From: Prasinococcaceae sp. CCMP 1430
Taxonomy: Eukaryota > Plantae > Prasinodermophyta
DNA: 20,976 nt
Assembly (NCBI GenBank): GCA_013416795.1
Contig: RQSC01000033.1
Span: 460,582 to 481,557 of the forward strand
Direction of reading: 5' to 3'
Positions 1-11,008 of the stretch are shown here, piece after piece; position 1 is the stretch's first letter, and every line of letters starts with the position of its first letter. The position numbers and the translations under genes were made by a program. The notes beneath the pieces are model-generated. The model saw only the letters and a list, made by a program, of their open reading frames with translations. It was not told the DNA's origin and made no database searches.

Positions 1-2199
1 GGGGGGTCGGGCGCGGGCGGCGCGTCGGGCGCGCACGCGCCGCGCGCGCCTGTGCCCTTCGCGCTCGATCCCGGCGACATCTGGTCGCTCGTGCCCGCCG
101 AGTCGAGTGTCGCGCGCTGCCTGGGCACCAACCCGCGCGCTCGCCGCTGGGCGCGTGCCGAGTTCTTCTACGCCGCCATCGACGCGCCGTGGATGTTCCG
201 CAACCACTTCGCGGAGATGCTGGACCACATGGGGCTGCACGCCGTGGGGCGCCTCACGCGCACCGAGTGGAGCGTGATACGCCAGAGCATGGGGGAGCCG
301 CGCCGCTTCTCGGCGAACTTTCTGCTCGAGGAGCGTGCCAAACTCGAGGAGCACCGCAAGGCGGCGCGCGCGGCGGCGGCCGAGGCGGCCGTCGGCGATC
401 CCACCGGGGCGGCCGCCGCGAACGGCGGAGGCGCGAGCGCCGAGGGCGGCGCGCCGCCGCGCGCGCTTCGCGTCGGTGAGCGTGTCGCCGCGCGCCATCC
501 ACGCACGGGCGAGATTCACGACGGCTCTATCCTTACCGCCGCGCCGGACCGCTACCGCGTCCAATTCGACAGGCCCGAGCTCGGCGTTGAGCTCGTGATG
601 GACGTGGACGTCACGTCAGCCGCGCAGCACGCGCACTTCGCGCACGGCGGCGCGTTCCCCTTCGCCATGCACGGCCTGGGCGCGCTGCAGGCGGGGGCGC
701 ACATGCCGACCAATGCGATCACGAGCGCGCTGCACGGCGGTGGGTTGGCTGCCATGCATGCCGCCGGAGGCGTCGGCGGCGTGGCGTTCGGCGGGTATCC
801 GGGCGCAGGCGCGCTGCCGGGCATGCTGGGCGCAAGCGCTGGCGCCGCGGGCGCGGGCGCGGGCGCGGGCGCCTTCCACGGGGCGCTCGGCGGCGGTGGC
901 GGCATGGCGGACCCGTCGCACCTGCTGTGTCGCGCCCGCGAGCTCTATGGCCCCAATGCTCCCGAAGTGCAGGCCCTCGCGCTCGCAGCGGCGGCTGCGG
1001 CTGCCGCCGGGAGTGGTTCGAGCGGCGCCGCCATGCAGGCGGCCGCCGCGGCCGCGCAGGCACACAACCGGGAAGCCGATGTGCGTGCACTGGCGGGCAT
1101 GGTGAGCGTGCTCGACAAGAAGCAGCAGCTGCTCGAGGCCCTCCGTCAGATGAACGACGAGGCCGCCGAGGAGGGCGAGCACGTGGTGGGCGCAGACGCC
1201 AGCGGCGACAGAGGCGAAGACGGTGGAGGCAAGGAGCGCTCCAGCGCCTTCCAGGCAATGTACGCGCACCTGCTCCTCGAGCTCAAACAGTGCAATCGCG
1301 AGGTCCAGGAGGCGCTCCTCGCGCTGCGGGAGCGCAACCGCGCGATGGCGACGTCGACCGCGCCGGCGGCGCTGCCAGGTTCGACCGTCGCGTGGCGCCA
1401 GCAGTTGGCAGCCGGTGGCGGCGCTGAAACCGGCAGCGAGGTGCTGGCGGGCGCCGGTGCGGCAGCTGGCGGTGCCGCTGGCGGCGCTCAGAAAGAGCTG
1501 CCCGCGGCGATCGCAGCCTCGCCGGCCGCGCTCGGCGGTCCCTGCCCGACGGCCATGGAGGTCGCCGCGCACGCGCGCTCGGCCGCCGCCACGCTGGTCA
1601 AAAAGGCCGAGGCGATCGTCGCTGCTGACCCAGAGGTCGCGCGGGGCGGTAAGGCCGCGGCGGCAGAGGTCACGGGCGCGGCGGGGGACGCCGGCGCGGA
1701 GCCGAAGGCAGACGGGGACGCTCCGCACGCAGAGGGGCAGGCGCCCGGCGGTTCCGGCGGCGCGGACGCGGGCAGTGCTGCCGACGGTGGCGGCGACGCC
1801 CGGGCGGAAGCCAATGGCGACGGCGACGCCCGCGGCGCGGCCGATGGCGGCGCGGGCGGCGCAGCCAAGGATGACGATCCGCCGCTTGACTCGCGCGAGC
1901 AGGAGCACCTGCGTGGCCTGGTTTCTGCCTGTGTGGCGACGCTGTACATGGTGCAGGCGTGCGCCGAGACGGCGCTGCCAGGCGCGGACGTGGCCGCGAC
2001 GCTCGACACGGCGATGGTGTCGCTGCGGCCGCACGCGCGCGCAAACGTCGGCGCCTACAAGGAGCTCGAGCGCTGCGTGGCCACCATGAAGAGCCAGCTC
2101 TCCTTCACACCGGAGGCCGGCGCGGCTGCGCCTGCTGCGGCTGCCGCCGCGGCGGGCGCCGGATCCGTGGCAGCGGTGGCGCCTGCCATGGGCGCGTGA
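1..2199 (+). CDS. ALY: ALWAYS EARLY / LIN-9 family protein (DREAM/MuvB subunit), 5'-partial
   Basis: Frame is open from base 1 to TGA at 2197-2199. DIRP domain (WARAEFFYAAIDAPW...RLTRTEWSVIRQSMGEPRRFSANFLLEERAKLE), Tudor-like domain (LRVGERVAARHPRTGEIHDGSIL...YRVQFDRPELGVELVMD), LIN9 coiled coil (EADVRALA...LDKKQQLLEALRQMND) and plant-type ALY C-terminus (LVSACVATLYMVQAC...SLRP...N...YKELE). TGTAA follows at 2221. Confidence 0.93.
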   Translation, partial: GGSGAGGASGAHAPRAPVPFALDPGDIWSLVPAESSVARCLGTNPRARRWARAEFFYAAIDAPWMFRNHFAEMLDHMGLHAVGRLTRTEWSVIRQSMGEPRRFSANFLLEERAKLEEHRKAARAAAAEAAVGDPTGAAAANGGGASAEGGAPPRALRVGERVAARHPRTGEIHDGSILTAAPDRYRVQFDRPELGVELVMDVDVTSAAQHAHFAHGGAFPFAMHGLGALQAGAHMPTNAITSALHGGGLAAMHAAGGVGGVAFGGYPGAGALPGMLGASAGAAGAGAGAGAFHGALGGGGGMADPSHLLCRARELYGPNAPEVQALALAAAAAAAAGSGSSGAAMQAAAAAAQAHNREADVRALAGMVSVLDKKQQLLEALRQMNDEAAEEGEHVVGADASGDRGEDGGGKERSSAFQAMYAHLLLELKQCNREVQEALLALRERNRAMATSTAPAALPGSTVAWRQQLAAGGGAETGSEVLAGAGAAAGGAAGGAQKELPAAIAASPAALGGPCPTAMEVAAHARSAAATLVKKAEAIVAADPEVARGGKAAAAEVTGAAGDAGAEPKADGDAPHAEGQAPGGSGGADAGSAADGGGDARAEANGDGDARGAADGGAGGAAKDDDPPLDSREQEHLRGLVSACVATLYMVQACAETALPGADVAATLDTAMVSLRPHARANVGAYKELERCVATMKSQLSFTPEAGAAAPAAAAAAAGAGSVAAVAPAMGA

Positions 2200-2220
2200 T
2201 GGGCGGGCCCCATTGTATCA

Positions 2221-2225
2221 TGTAA
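2221..2225 (+). promoter_or_regulatory. TGTAA chlorophyte-type polyadenylation signal of ALY
   Basis: TGTAA lies 22 nt after the stop in an AT-rich patch. The same arrangement follows the DEAD-box gene (8071). Confidence 0.65.
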
Positions 2226-2444
2226 TATTATGGATGTAGACGCTCGGTACCGGCGCGGGGGCGATGCCACTGCGCTGACATCGGTGCGATGTGGGGTGGA
2301 CTGGGGCACGCGCGGTCGGCGGGGATGCGGTCAGGCTCTGGCAGAGGACCGGGAAGCGGCGACGGAATATGGTACATGTGCCGCTGCGCGGGGCAGTCGC
2401 GTACAGGACGCGCACCCCTCGACGGGAGGCGAGCGCGAGGGGCG

Positions 2445-2621
2445 TCACCACGTCGTGATCTTGCCGCACGCGCCGATGAGGTGGCGCCCCCACGGGAAGA
2501 GCGCGTTTGTCGGCGTGACGGCTATCACGAGCGTCTTGTTGTCGAGGACGTGGAAGGAGGTCTTGGCGGGCTGGAGCGGCTGCATGACGTCGGTCACCTC
2601 CAGGAGGAGCGCGTCTCCGTC
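2445..2621 (-). CDS. Terminal exon of an unidentified protein (DGDALLLEVTDVMQPLQPAKTSFHVLDNKTLVIAVTPTNALFPWGRHLIGACGKITTW*)
   Basis: Minus strand shows a CTGAC branch motif (2647-2643), a GCAG acceptor, then 59 GC3-rich codons ending TGA. Upstream exons are not found. Confidence 0.6.
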   Translation of the reverse strand, partial: DGDALLLEVTDVMQPLQPAKTSFHVLDNKTLVIAVTPTNALFPWGRHLIGACGKITTW

Positions 2622-3098
2622 CTGCGGCCGGGCCGCGCCGTCGTCAGTAGGAGGCCGGAGTTCGCATCGAGAGGGAGGGGCGCCACCGACTGGCGTCGGT
2701 GACGCGCGGGAGCGCGGAGCGGCGCTGCCTGCCCCGCGCGCAGTGGCTCTCGCGGCCGCGGCCGCGCGCGCAGGCTCGGAGTCTCCTCGGCGCTCTCTGG
2801 TCCCTCCCTCGCGCCTCGCGCCTCTTCCCCTTGCGCCCCCTCGCGGCGCCCCGCGCGCGCGCAGTGGGCGCACCCCCCGCCCCCTCCCGAAGCCCTCGCA
2901 CCCCCGCATCCGCGCCCGCCCAACAGCCTCGAGCCGCCCCAGGCTTCTCGATACACATGTACGTCCGCTCGCGGCCCCGCACGGCGCTCGCTCGCGCGCG
3001 CGCGCGCGCGCACTTGGCGCGCGCTTNGCGCTCGCGCGCGGGCGCGCGGGCGCGCCTGTGCGGGCGCGGCGCTGACACGCACACACTCGCGCGCGCGG

Positions 3099-3650
3099 GA
3101 GAAGACGTCGTTCGCGATGCACGCCGAGCTGGCGGAGGAGCTCGGCCTGTCGACCTACCGCGTCATACCCACACTGAGCGTGCGCGGGGGGCGGCGCGGC
3201 GCGGGCCATGTGGAGGCGCCGTGGCTCGACGGCGACGTGGCGTCGGCGACGCTCATGGACCCGACGCCCGGCGCGACAGCGCAGGTGACGCCGCGCGAGC
3301 TCACCGAGGCGCTCGCCGATGGCGCCAGGCGGCTGGGCGCCGACATTCGGACGGGCATGCGTGTCGTCGGCGTGGCGACGGCACCGGGGAGCAGCGGCGA
3401 GAACGAGGAGCGCGTGGCGACGGGCGTGCGTTGCGTGACGGAGGGCGCCGGCGAGAAGGAGGAGGAGGAGCTGGTGGAAGCCGACGCGGTGCTCGTCTGC
3501 ATGGGCGTCTGGAGCGCCGTGGCCAGCGAGTGGTTCGGCCTGCCGCGCGATGCGTGGCCGCTGACGGGCATCAAGTCGACGCACGTCGTGTGGCAGTCGC
3601 GGCGGGCCGTGCGCGAGGATCCGTACGCGCTCTTCTGCGCCGAGGATGAG
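3099..3650 (+). CDS. FAD-dependent oxidoreductase (DAO / TDA3-like family), internal exon only
   Basis: SFAMHAELAEELG, PWLDG, TAQVTPRELTEAL, EADAVLVCMGVWS and LTGIKSTHVV are typical of this family. Ends at donor GAG|gtgagg (3651). The N-terminal GxGxxG motif and the C-terminus are absent, and the 5' boundary is approximate. Confidence 0.8.
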
Positions 3651-3654
3651 GTGA

Positions 3655-4341
<687 letters not shown>

Positions 4342-4367
4342 TGAGATGGCGCGCGAGCGCGCGGGGC

Positions 4368-4411
4368 GCGCAGGGAGCGGCCGCGCGCGCACAGGGAGCG
4401 GCCGCGCGCGC
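4368..4411. repeat. Short tandem duplication (CAGGGAGCGGCCGCGCGCGC x2) in intron-like DNA
   Basis: Seen directly between the MSI1 and NOP9 donors. Confidence 0.8.
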
Positions 4412-4543
4412 GATCACGCGCCTGCTCGCGTCGTCCGCGCGGTCGCACGTGCATGCCGCCCCGCGCCCGCCGCATTCCCCGTCAGCCGCACGCACGCAAT
4501 CGTCCGCCAATGCAACACCGCGCCGGCGCGCCCGCGCACTCAC

Positions 4544-5679
4544 CTCCTCGTTGGTAAGCCTGCCGAAGCCCTCAACGAAGCGCTGGGCTGCCTCCATGGG
4601 AAACTTGAGCACCATTGCCAGCATCGCCGAGCCTAGGATAGAGCACGCCGCGCCCTCTCCGCGACCGTCGAGGTACAGCAGCTCACGCACGAGCTCCTCA
4701 CTGGCGGGTCCCGCGCCGGCGCCAGCATCCGAGCCACCGCCGCCCATGCGCGCGGCGAGCGCGCTGGCGAGCGCGCGCCCGATGCGCTTTTCGTGCACTC
4801 GCAAGCGGCTGCACGCCCCCACGGCGGCCGCCACGACGCCCGCGCGGCTGGACCCCACGCCGCCGGCGCTGCTCGCCGCGCGCGGCAGCAGCGTGGGAAA
4901 GACGGCCTCGAGCTCGTCCAGCGCCATAGCTAGCTGCGCCTCGGAGCGCTCCGAGGCGAGCAGCGCTTGCACGACAAAGTTGGCCGTGCCGTGCGCCACG
5001 AGCCCCGAGAGGCGCCCACGAAAGAGGTGGCGAAAGATGCGGCCGTGCAGCGCCTCGTCCGCGCAGCGCAGCGCCGCCTCCGCAAGGTGGGACCCCGAAC
5101 GGTCCTGGCAGAGCTCTACGAAGCCGTCGGGGTCCACTGCCTCCACGTTGGTCTTGCCGTCCTTGGCGCACAGGATGATGGAGGTCATCTGCGCCAGCTG
5201 CGAGGCGTCACCGCGCGAGCACTCGAGCATCGCCTGCAGCACGGGCCCCGCGGCGGTGTGCACCTGCATCTCCCACAAGTGCGGGCGCGCCGCCTCGCTG
5301 AGCTCGAGAACCAGGGCGCCGCACATCTCGGGGAAGCCCGCGTGCGCGTTGCTGCCGGACCGCTGCGCGTGCGTGCGCGCGACGCCCTGAAGCTTCTCGG
5401 CGAGGCGGCGCTCGGCGGCGCGCGCGGCGGCAGCAGCGCCGCCCTTGCCCTTGGCGGACTTGCCGCCCGCGCCGGCCGCGTCGGCGTCGACGTTGTAGCC
5501 GCGCAGCGTCGACAGCAGCGCGCGCAGCGCGTGGGAGCCAAACTTGTTGGCAAGCAGCTCGAGCGCGCCCGTGAGCGCGCCTTCGCACCACGCACCGAGC
5601 GCGTCGCCGAGCGCCGCCGACGCCGCCCCGTGGTCGGCGGCGAGGTGGGCGTCAGCGGCGCGCAGCGCCGCCTCGCACA
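4544..5679 (-). CDS. NOP9: Nucleolar Pumilio-repeat protein NOP9/APUM23, internal exon
   Basis: LLANKFGSHALRALL, LCQDRSGSHLAEAAL, FRGRLSGLVAHGTANFVVQALL and CSILGSAML match Nop9-type PUF repeats. The 5' end is cut at 'n' 5680; the 3' end is donor GAG|gtgagt at 4543. Confidence 0.85.
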
Positions 5680-5776
5680 NCGCTGTGGGCCCCGCGGGCG
5701 GCGCCCCGGCGCCCCGCGCCCAATGCGGCGCGCGGCGTCCGCCGCGCTTACGGATCGGATCGGACTCAATGCGTTT

Positions 5777-6001
5777 TGACCTCGGGATCCTCCCCATCGG
5801 AGGTTCAGGTTCGCGTGCGACCTCGGCCCGCAAGTGACCTCCTATTTGGGTATACATTCAAGGGTTAAATAATGCACTCGCCATGCGCCATCCACTGTGA
5901 CCTCGGATCCTCCCCATCGGAGGTTCAGGTTACAGTGCTGAACTGATGGTACCACGATGGTATTTGACGCGTGCTATTTGGGTATGAATTCGAGGGTTCA
6001 A
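5777..6001. repeat. Interleaved A-B-A'-B' direct repeats; A is a hairpin
   Basis: A: TGACCTCGG(G)ATCCTCCCCATCGGAGGTTCAGGTT at 5777-5811 and 5898-5931, differing by one indel. B: CTATTTGGGTATACATTCAAGGGTTAAA at 5842-5869 and CTATTTGGGTATGAATTCGAGGGTTCAA at 5974-6001. Confidence 0.9.
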
Positions 6002-6129
6002 CGCGCACGCGTTTCGCGGGCCCGGCCCAGATTCCGTCGGCGACGTCCCGATATCCGCTCGAGCTCGCGGGGACGCGCGAGCGCGCGCGCGACCTGGCTG
6101 GCAGGAGGGCGGCGCCCGTCGCGCCCGCG

Positions 6130-8051
6130 ATGGGCAGCGGCGGCGAGGCCGTCGACCGCGAGCGCAAGCGCAAGGCCGCGGCTGTGCCTGCCGGCGGTGG
6201 CGGCAGCTCCGAGGGCGGCGTGGCAAAGAAGGCCAAGAAGGACAAAAAGGACAAAAAGGCCAAGAAGGAGAAGAAGGGGAAGAAGGAGAAGAAAGCCACA
6301 AAGAAAGAGGAAAAGGACAAGAAGAAGCTGAAGAAGGAAAAGGGAGCGAAGGGGGCCGCGCCATCTGCACCACCCGCAGCAGACGAAGCGCCTCGCACGG
6401 CAACCGTCGCAGCCGCAGATGCGCAACTCGCAGCAGCCGCTGGAACGACGTGGGACACGTTCGACGAAGCGGCGTTTCCTCGGGATGTCGTCGAGGTGGG
6501 TGCCGCGTAAGCAGCGTCCGCCCGCTCACAGCCACGCTCTCGCGCAGCGCCTGCGCGCGTGGCATCGCGTGGCTGCGCGTGACGGTCGGACTGGGCTCTG
6601 CTCTGCTCTGCTGCTGACAGTCTGATGCCCATGCACACTCGCGCCTCGCAGGCCCTGAGCGCGGCGGGCTTTGCCCGACCGACGCCTGTGCAGGCGGCGG
6701 CGTGGCCCGCGGCCTGCCGTGGCGACGACGTGGTTGCTGTCGCGCTGACAGGCTCGGGAAAGACGCTGGGCTTCGCTCTACCGGTCATGAACGCGCTTGC
6801 AGAGAGGTGCGTCGCGACGCCCCCGCAGGCGCTCGCGGCCGTGTGTGTGCGCCCACGCATGGCACGAATGCTCCCCTCGTGGCAACGCTCGCATCAATGC
6901 GTCCGCGCGAGCTGACGCGCGTGCTCGTCTCCCCATCCACGTCCGCGCGCTCCTGCAGGCGCCTGCGCGGTGGCGCTCCCGCGCCCACTGGCGCCACGGC
7001 GCGCCCTGCCGCGCTGGCGCTGGCGCCGACGCGCGAGCTCGCCGCGCAGATTGCAGAAGCGACCGAGCCCTACGCGAAGCTGTTCGGCGCGCACGCGCGC
7101 GCGCACATGCGTGTGGCGTGCGTATACGGCGGCGTGCCCGTGTCGCAGCACGTGCAGGAGCTGCAGAAGGGCGCGCGCGGCGATGCGGCCAGCGACATGT
7201 TCCTCGTGGCCACTCCTGGCCGGCTCGTGGACCTGCTCGAGCGCCGTGCACTGGACCTGTCGTCATGCGCGCACTTCGTGCTCGACGAGGCCGACCGCAT
7301 GCTGGACATGGGATTCGAGCCGCAGCTCAAGGCGACGGTCGCGGCCCTGCCTGCCGAGAGGCAGACGCTGCTGTTCTCTGCCACGTGGCCAAAGGCCGTG
7401 CGCAAGCTCGCGGCGGCTCTGCTCCGCTCCGACCACACCACAGAGATTGGCGTGTCCGACAGGGCCGCGGACAATGAGCCCACCGCGAACAAATCGGTCA
7501 CGCAAAGGTTCGTCGAGGCGAGCGATGACGAGAAGGACGAGAAGCTCTACCACCTGCTTTGTGGCCTCCCCGAGGGTGACCACCGCGTGGTCATCTTCGC
7601 CAACACGAAGCGCCGCGTAGAGATGCTGGAGAAGCTCTTTTGGAAGGAGGGCTTTGGCACGTGCGGCCTGCACGGCGACAAGAGCCAGCCGGAGCGCATG
7701 GCGGCGCTCGACAAGTTCAAACGCGGCGAGCGCCCGCTGCTGGTTGCCACCGACGCCGCCTCGCGCGGGCTCGACGTGCAGGGCGTCACGCACGTCGTCA
7801 ACTACGACATGGCGAGGGACGTCGAAAGCTACGTGCACCGCATTGGTCGCAGCGGCCGCGCGGGCGCCACCGGCGAGGCCATCACTTTCTTCAACGTGGA
7901 CTATGACAAGGAGTGCGCCCCGGCGCTCGCCAAGATTGCGCGCACCGCCGGCCAGGAGGTGCCCCCCTGGCTCGCGAGGTACGAGAAGAACAAGGCCAGC
8001 AAGCAGTGGGCGCTCGCCAAGGCCGTCATGCCGCCCGCAGGCCCGGCGTGA
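6130..8051 (+). CDS. DEAD-box RNA helicase (DBP2/DBP3-like) with Lys-rich N-terminus; complete, 3 exons, 537 aa
   Basis: Exons 6130-6495, 6652-6806 and 6959-8051 join in frame across GT-AG introns of 156 and 152 nt, each with GCTGAC. Motifs: Q (GFARPTPVQ), [49 protein letters not shown] at 8071. Confidence 0.93.
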
Positions 8052-8070
8052 GGCGCTCCGCGCCGTCGGG

Positions 8071-8075
8071 TGTAA
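8071..8075 (+). promoter_or_regulatory. TGTAA polyadenylation signal of the helicase gene
   Basis: 20 nt after the stop, in an AT-rich 3' UTR patch. Confidence 0.65.
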
Positions 8076-8171
8076 AGTATGTGCAGTAGCATTTCGATGT
8101 ACAACGTACAGTAGTCTACAGGACAGTATTGAGTACGCACGCACACACGCACTCGGGCCGGCGTCGCTGGG

Positions 8172-9657
8172 ATGTGCCGCGCGGCTTTTCCTGCGCGGCG
8201 CCACTCCCCGCGCGCGCTCGCCGCGGGGTGCGCGGTCACCGTCCTCGCCTTATCGTCGTGGTTCACCGCCGGCGTGATCATCGCCGATCTCAAGGACAGG
8301 TACGGCGTGAGCGACGTCGATGGCAGCTGGCTCGTCGCCGCCGTCGCCGTCGGGTTCGCCGCTGCCGCCACGGTGGCGTCAATCACCGGTCTCAGCGACG
8401 CCGTGGAGGCTCATCTGCTCATCGCCACAGGCTCGGGTGCCGCTGGTGCATTCAACCTGCTGCTGCTGCTGCCCGCCAGCTCCGGCTTTGGCGTGGCCGT
8501 CCTCAGCCGCGCGCTCGTGGGCGCTGCGCTCGCTTTCGTGTACCCGCCCGCCATGAAGGTCACGGCCACGTGGTTCGAGCGAGCTCGCGGGCTCGCCATG
8601 GGCGCTGTGATCGGCGCGCTCACGCTGGGGTCCGCCGCGCCCTCGCTGGTGCGCGGCGTGTCGCTGCTGCACGAGGGCGGCAACGGCGACGGCGGTGTGC
8701 GGTGGGAGACGGTCGTCTACTCGACATCCGCGGCCGGATTCGCGGGCGCGGTGCTCAGCCTGCTCTGCGTGCGGCGTGGCCCAATCTCTGCGCCGGCGCG
8801 CGGTGGCGTCGACTTCGGCCTCTTGCCGCGCATGCTGCACAACAGGCGTGCCATGCTCGCCACGCTGGGCTATTGGGGGCACCAGTGGGAACTCTATGCC
8901 CAGTGGGCATGGATTGCAAAGTTCCTCACTGCCGCCGCCGAGAAGAGCGAGGTGAGCGCCGGCGGGGCGGACGGCGCAGCCGCGTGGGGGGCGTTGGTTG
9001 GCTTCGGCGCCATCGCCGTGGGCGCCGTCGGCTGCACTCTCGCGGGACTGCTCGCAGACCAGCTGGGCCGCCCATGGGTGGTCATGCTGGCAAACGTCGT
9101 CTCGGGTTCGTGCGCCATTGTCATCGGCCTCTACCTCGACACGCCCTGGGCGAGCGCCGTGCTCGCTCACCTCTGGGGGGCCACCGTCATCGCCGACTCG
9201 GCGCAGTTCTCCGCCATGGTCACCGAGTACGCGGAACGTGCGTTGGCGAAATCCCCGTGGCCCGCCGTGCGCCACCTGCTGCGCGCGCGTCCGTGTGCGC
9301 GCGGCACAAGCGCCGCCGCGCATGGCCCGCGGCTGACTCCGCCTGCCCGCCGCCCGCCACCCCCGCGTCTCGCGCTCGCCCACCCGGCGGTTGCGCGGCG
9401 CAGCCGAGCTCGTCGGCACCGCCCTCAGCTTTCAGATGGCGACGGGCTACGTGGTCACCGTGGCGGGCATAATCGCCTTGCCCGCGATTCAGGAGGTGCT
9501 TGGCTGGCGCCACGCTTTCGCCACGCTTGCGCCTGGCGCCGCCGTCGCGTTCGCCGCGATGCTGTGGTTGCTGCGGATCGAACGGCGGCAAGCGCGTGAA
9601 TGCGAGGAGACCGAGCTTGCCGCGCTGGCGAGCACTCCGACGACAGGCGGGGACTAG
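8172..9657 (+). CDS. Major facilitator superfamily transporter, 2 exons, ~439 aa
   Basis: Exons 8172-9237 and 9404-9657, with a 166-nt GT-AG intron containing GCTGAC. Splicing restores EYAEPELVGTALSFQ. About 12 hydrophobic segments; motifs LSSWF, YPPAMK, RGLAMG, GYWGHQWELYA, GLLADQLGR, ADSAQFSA. The start codon is uncertain. Confidence 0.88.
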
Positions 9658-9849
9658 CGTAGGCTCTGTAGTGACTAGTGAGTAGTACTGAGTACGCGTG
9701 GTAGATACAGTCGTGTGTGGAAGTTGGAGGTGGTGACTCTTTCTCTCTCTGTTCGTTACGTGGCGCGAGGAGCTGCTGCTGCTTTTTCTCCCCCCGCGCT
9801 CGTGTCGGCGCCGCTCGCGTGCAGTGTGCGTGCGCGCTACATCGCTCGC

Positions 9850-10995
9850 TCTCCGTGTGTGCGTTGCCACCGCCCCGACACGACGGATCATTGTCGCAGG
9901 TCTGTGCGCGGCCGGCCTATTCGCCCCCCTCACCATCAGGCACCCTCACTTCGTCAGCACCCATGCGCCTGAGCCCGCCGGCGAGGCCCACCTGCACAGG
10001 CTGCTGCACGGGGGCCGGAAGGGTGATTGCGTTCTCGCCGTTCACGTAGCCCGGTGCTTGAGTTGGTGACGACTGTGGTGCCTCTGTTGGTGGCGTTGAA
10101 GGTTGTCCCGTCGGCGGCTCCGTGGGCGGCTCCGTTGGCGGGTTCTCCGGCGGCTCCGTGGGCGCTTCCGTGGGCGGCTCCGTTGGCGGATTCTCCGGCG
10201 GCTCCGTGGGCGGCTCCGTGGGCGGCTCCGTTGGCGGCTTCGTCGGCGGCTTCGTTGGGGGGTCCTCCAGAGGCTCCTCCGGAGGCTGCTCCAGCGGCTC
10301 CTCCAGAAGCTCCTCTGGTGGATCGCCGCGTTCCTCGATTGGCAGCGGAGCACGTGGAACGCTAAATGTCGACCACGGTCCCGTCGGGTTGATCGGCTCC
10401 TCGCGCGGCGCACGCGTGGGGCGTGCGGTCGGGCTTTCGGTCGGCGCGTCCGTGCGCTCGCAGCCGCACATGCTGTCGGCCTGTGCGTGCGCGTCGGCGC
10501 CGACGGCGCGATCAGAATCAGCGAGGAGCGATGGCAAATGTGGCGGGTGTGCATGCCTGGCGCGCTGCGCCGAGCGACACAGACACGCAGCACGCGCACG
10601 CATATGCTCACGTCACACGCTGGCTGGTCTCGACGCGCGTGCCGGCGTGCGCAGCAATGGTGCAGCGCGCGTGCGCGACGGACCTTCCTGCGGCACGACT
10701 GGATCTTCCCCGTGTTCGTCGTCGGGTTGGCCTCGCGACAGGCGTCGCGCACCTCGCGGTGCACCTTGCCGCAATTGCCGCTGTCGCAGCTCGGCACGTC
10801 GCGAGGGCGGAGGTGCACCACTGGGGCATCGTTGCCGTCGACATCGCTGCCGCGCCGGCTTAGGAGCGCCCTTGCACGCCCGTGTAGCCGCTGCGCGCCC
10901 GCCCGCTCGATCGCACCGGCCCACAGAGTCATCGCCACAGCAGCCACCACTGGCAGTAGCAGCGGCAGCGGGGCCGTGTTGCCGCGCGCGGGCAT
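9850..10995 (-). CDS. Secreted protein with signal peptide, small Cys-rich domain and Pro/Thr/Glu (PTEP) repeat stalk; 3' end uncertain
   Basis: Exon 1 is 10995-10684 (MPARGNTAPLPLLLPVVAAVAMTLWAGA...C..C..C..C). Intron 10683-10481. Exon 2 is 10480-9992 (ADSMCGC..., PPTE repeats). A probable 90-nt intron 9991-9902 (CAG|gtgggc...gctgac...cacag) leads to exon 3 starting TCDNDPSC. All joins are phase 0. If unspliced, the frame stops at 9917. Confidence 0.65.
10110..10320 (-). repeat. 12-bp coding tandem repeat (PPTE/PPEE/PPTK units)
   Basis: GGCGGCTCCGTG-type units repeated on the + strand. Confidence 0.9.
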
Positions 10996-11008
10996 CGTCT
11001 TCGGCGCG

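Noticed and set aside
5777-6001. CRISPR-like array (palindromic ~35-bp repeats)
   Set aside because: Only two copies, 86 nt apart, interleaved with a second repeat. The context is eukaryotic and no cas genes are present.
7305-7325. tRNA T-loop-like GGATTCGAGCC
   Set aside because: It encodes MGFEP of the helicase, and no cloverleaf is present.
6496-9403. Introner-like repeated introns
   Set aside because: The introns share only GT...GCTGAC...CAG signals and similar length; I see no mutual sequence similarity.
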